DNA from: an uncultured Chlamydiae bacterium | GTDB lineage: Bacteria; Chlamydiota; Chlamydiia; Chlamydiales; Rhabdochlamydiaceae | NCBI GenBank assembly: GCA_903867585.1 | Contig: CAIPRZ010000012.1 | Span: 1 to 27,991 of the forward strand | Direction: 5' to 3' | DNA: 27,991 bases | Part shown: piece after piece, positions 25,083-27,991 of the stretch | Position numbering within the stretch: position 1 is the stretch's first letter | Layout: each line of letters starts with the position of its first letter | Notes under the pieces: generated by a model | Databases searched by the model: none | What the model was told of the DNA's origin: nothing | What the model saw: only the letters and a program-made list of their open reading frames with translations | Position numbers and translations under genes: made by a program

Positions 25083-26878
25083 AAAAAATGTTTTAGGGCG
25101 CTGATATCTTTTTTAGATAAACCTTCTACTTGAGCAAGCTCATCGCTTGTGGCCTCTTTAATTTTTTGAATAGATCCAAAATGAATGAGTAGGGCTTTCT
25201 TTTTTTTCGGGCCGATGCCTGGGATTTCGTCGAGCTGACTTTTAATGATTCGGGACTTTTCCCTCTTTTTATTAAAACTAATGGCTGCTCTATGAGCTTC
25301 ATCCCGTATTTTTTGTAAGAAGAATAAAAGAGGATTTTTTTTATCTAAAACAAGGGGTTCACTTTGGTAAGAGACGATGAGTCTTTCTTCTGTTAACCCT
25401 TTATCATGGCGACTATTTTCTTTAACAAGACCAATAATATCGCAACAGGCAATATCAAGTTCTTCTAAAACCTCTTTAGCCATCCGTACTTGCCCTTTGC
25501 CTCCATCTATAAGAAGAAGGTCTGGAACAGTATCTTCAATTTTAGAATTTTTTAATGAGCGGGTGAGTACCTCTTTCATCCCTCCGTAATCATCGCCCCC
25601 TTTTGCTGAGGTAATTTTATAAAGGCGTTTTCCTGACTTATTAATTTTCCCCTCATCGAGTCTAATTTTTACAGCCACCGGTTCTGATCCTGAAAAATGA
25701 GAGAGGTCAAAACATTCAATACTAGAAGGGTATCTTGTTAGTTTTGCTATTTCTTCTAATTCTAATAAAAGGAGCTGATCGTCTTGAGATTGTTTAAAGT
25801 TTAGCTTTGCATTTTCGTAAGCCATTTCAAGAAGTGCTTTTTTATCCCCTTTTTGAGGGACTACGAAGTTTACTTTTGAACCTTTAAGTTCTTTTAAAAC
25901 CTCTGTTAGTACACCACTCTCATCAGGATCAAAAGGGCATACAATGGTCGAAGAGGGATTGTGTTGTTCATAATGTTGTAAAATAAGATTGGTTAAAAGC
26001 TCTCCTCCCTCATCAAGGGTATCATTAAATCGCATGACGTCTTGACCTGTTACTTTACCTTCTCTATATAGCAACTTGATAAAAACCCCTTTAGATCCCT
26101 CTTGATAGATATGAAATATATCCATGTCATTATTATTAACCTGGACCATCATCTGTTTAGAAAAAGCGACCTGCTCTAGTTGTTTTAAGGTTTTATAGAG
26201 TGCACCAGCTTTTTCAAACTCTAGCTTTTCTGAGGCTTTATGGATCTGATCTTTTAGATCGATAAGAAGCTCTTTAGATTGACCTTCTAAAAAGCTTATA
26301 ACTTTTTTGACAGCCTCTTTATAAGAATCTTCGGTACAAAGATCTTTACAAGGAGCGAGGCACTTTTTCATCCCATAAAGGAGACATGGTCTTTTTCTTC
26401 TTGTCAGTTCGTAATCAGAGCACTGTCTTATCCCAAAATGTTCGGATAAAATTTTATAAGCTTCTCTTGCAGCATGGGCTTGGCTATAGGGACCAAAATA
26501 AAGCCCCTGTTTTTTTTGATCTTTAGTTCGGATGAGCTCAAGTCTTGGCCAGGAAATTTTAGGATCGATAAAAAGACAGATAAAACTTTTATCATCTTTT
26601 AGTAAGACGTTATATTTAGGTTTATGTTTCTTGATAAGGGTGTTTTCTAATAGAAGCGCCTCTTTTTCAGAAAAACAAACCATCGTTTCTATCGATTCTA
26701 AATGCGATAGCAAATAGGGGATCATTGCCCGCTGATCTTGATTGTGAAAATATTGTCTTAGGCGGCTTTTTAGATTTTTTGCCTTACCAATATAGATAAC
26801 ATGACCTTTAGTGTCTTTCATAAGATAGACACCAGGTTTATCTGGATAAAGATCTAAGTTAAATACTGCTTTTTCCAT
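25064..26878 (-). CDS. uvrC: Excinuclease ABC subunit C
   Basis: GIY-YIG PDKPGVYLM...YIGKAKNLKSRL, EALLLENTLIK, IECFDLSH, PDLLLIDGGKGQ, QKIRDEAHR, HhH IPGIGPKK. Confidence 0.97.
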   Translation of the reverse strand: MEKAVFNLDLYPDKPGVYLMKDTKGHVIYIGKAKNLKSRLRQYFHNQDQRAMIPYLLSHLESIETMVCFSEKEALLLENTLIKKHKPKYNVLLKDDKSFICLFIDPKISWPRLELIRTKDQKKQGLYFGPYSQAHAAREAYKILSEHFGIRQCSDYELTRRKRPCLLYGMKKCLAPCKDLCTEDSYKEAVKKVISFLEGQSKELLIDLKDQIHKASEKLEFEKAGALYKTLKQLEQVAFSKQMMVQVNNNDMDIFHIYQEGSKGVFIKLLYREGKVTGQDVMRFNDTLDEGGELLTNLILQHYEQHNPSSTIVCPFDPDESGVLTEVLKELKGSKVNFVVPQKGDKKALLEMAYENAKLNFKQSQDDQLLLLELEEIAKLTRYPSSIECFDLSHFSGSEPVAVKIRLDEGKINKSGKRLYKITSAKGGDDYGGMKEVLTRSLKNSKIEDTVPDLLLIDGGKGQVRMAKEVLEELDIACCDIIGLVKENSRHDKGLTEERLIVSYQSEPLVLDKKNPLLFFLQKIRDEAHRAAISFNKKREKSRIIKSQLDEIPGIGPKKKKALLIHFGSIQKIKEATSDELAQVEGLSKKDISALKHFFHNSKS

Positions 26879-27991
26879 GCATGTAACCGGTTTAAGGCCT
26901 CAAGGGGGGTTAATTCATCTAAGGGTAATGCTTGTAGAGTTTCTACAAGAGGATGGGGTATTATTATAGGTTCTTCTATGATTTGTGGAGGAGTAAATAA
27001 ACTCCATTCAGGATCTAGTAAAGACTGTAATTTATTTTTTGCAAGGCCAATGACCTCTTCGGGAAGACCAGCGATTTTAGCGACTTGTATTCCATAACTT
27101 TTATCCGCAGAGCCTTTAACAATTTTATGCAGAAATAAAAGCTCTTTTTTTTCTTCTTTGACAGAGGCGTGGTAGTTAATAACAAGCGGTGTTTCTAAAG
27201 AAAGGGCTGTTAGTTCAAAATAATGGGTCGCAAATAAGGTTTTTGGAGCCCCTTTAGGGTGCTTTAATAGATATTTAGCAATCGCATACGCCAGAGCGAT
27301 CCCATCATAAGTAGAGGTTCCTCGTCCTATTTCATCAAGGATCACCAAAGAATTAGCTGTAGCATTTTTCAAAATATAGGCCGTTTCTGCCATTTCTACC
27401 ATAAAGGTGGATTGGCCAGAGCTTAAATCGTCGCTGGCTCCAATTCGGGTAAAGAGCTTATCAAAGGGAGAAAATTCCATTTTAGCAGCAGGTACATAGG
27501 AGCCAATTTGTGCCATAATCACACAAAGAGCTGCTTGTCGCATAAAAGTTGATTTTCCACCCATGTTCGGTCCGGTAATTATAAGGAGCGTTTCAGGGTT
27601 TTTAGAAATGATTAAGTCATTGGAGATAAAGTTGTGCTGCCCGATAAGCTCTTCAATAATCGGGTGTCTTGCTTTTTCTAAAATAAGCTGATTTTGTTTA
27701 GAAAATTGGGGTAAGACATAACCCTCTTTAGATCCAAAAAAAGCAAGACCTTGCAGGGCATCGATGAGACCTAATGCTTTAGATATCACCATTAATTGTA
27801 CGCTAAAAGGTAAAATCTTTTCTAAAAGTTCTGAAAATAGAGATTGTTCTAAGGTAAATAGGAGAGTTTGAGCCTGGTAGGATTTTTTTTCTAATTCGAT
27901 AAGTTCAGAGGTTGTAAATCTTTCAGAATTGGTAAGAGTTTGTCTTCTTATAAATTCTTTGGGGGCGTTTAGGGCTTGAGCTTTTGATATT
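26854..27991 (-). CDS. mutS: DNA mismatch repair protein MutS, C-terminal part (5' end beyond window)
   Basis: ITGPNMGGKST, IGASDDLSSGQSTFMVEM, DEIGRGTST, FATHY, SYGIQVA. The frame stays open from the window edge (ISKAQALNAPKEFIRRQTLTNSERF). Confidence 0.97.
   Translation of the reverse strand, partial: ISKAQALNAPKEFIRRQTLTNSERFTTSELIELEKKSYQAQTLLFTLEQSLFSELLEKILPFSVQLMVISKALGLIDALQGLAFFGSKEGYVLPQFSKQNQLILEKARHPIIEELIGQHNFISNDLIISKNPETLLIITGPNMGGKSTFMRQAALCVIMAQIGSYVPAAKMEFSPFDKLFTRIGASDDLSSGQSTFMVEMAETAYILKNATANSLVILDEIGRGTSTYDGIALAYAIAKYLLKHPKGAPKTLFATHYFELTALSLETPLVINYHASVKEEKKELLFLHKIVKGSADKSYGIQVAKIAGLPEEVIGLAKNKLQSLLDPEWSLFTPPQIIEEPIIIPHPLVETLQALPLDELTPLEALNRLHAWKKQYLT

Noticed and set aside
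6645-26717. Short ORF-track entries at 6645, 9891, 10589, 11750, 18378, 19412, 19763, 19903, 20837, 22298, 24708, 25377 and 26532
   Set aside because: They lie antisense or out of frame within well-supported genes and show no recognisable motifs; treated as shadow ORFs.
27862-27900. Suspected frameshift in mutS at the A8 run (ORF track starts only at 27792)
   Set aside because: Recounting shows the frame is continuous (IELEKKSYQAQTLLF); the gene is simply truncated by the window edge.

Overview
AT-rich bacterial chromosome segment, almost certainly from a member of the Chlamydiae outside the Chlamydiaceae. Evidence: plant-type PlsB, chlamydial-type L36, DUF648-like effector, and the conserved blocks ptr-plsB-rng and rnpA-rpmH-rpmJ-rpsN-GYF_2-asp23-uvrC-mutS (synteny recalled from memory, not searched). 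Most of the window is core housekeeping: lipid synthesis (plsB, plsX, lpxB), RNA processing (RNase E/G, pcnB, rnpA), ribosomal proteins (L32, L34, L36, S14) and repair (UvrD/Rep, uvrC, mutS). Accessory content: a tandem two-domain GT-A glycosyltransferase divergent from an MGDG-synthase-like GT28; several probable secreted or effector-like ORFs; a 3.2-kb cassette with two short-period ankyrin-like proteins and a beta-barrel OMP; and an Asp23 gene coupled to an AmaP-like membrane anchor. No rRNA, tRNA, CRISPR array, transposase or integrase was recognised. I see no clearly demonstrable new system. The best leads are a possible glycolipid locus, the Asp23/AmaP-like module, the 30-aa ankyrin-variant cassette, and a 27-bp palindrome inside a 77-nt convergent gene overlap.
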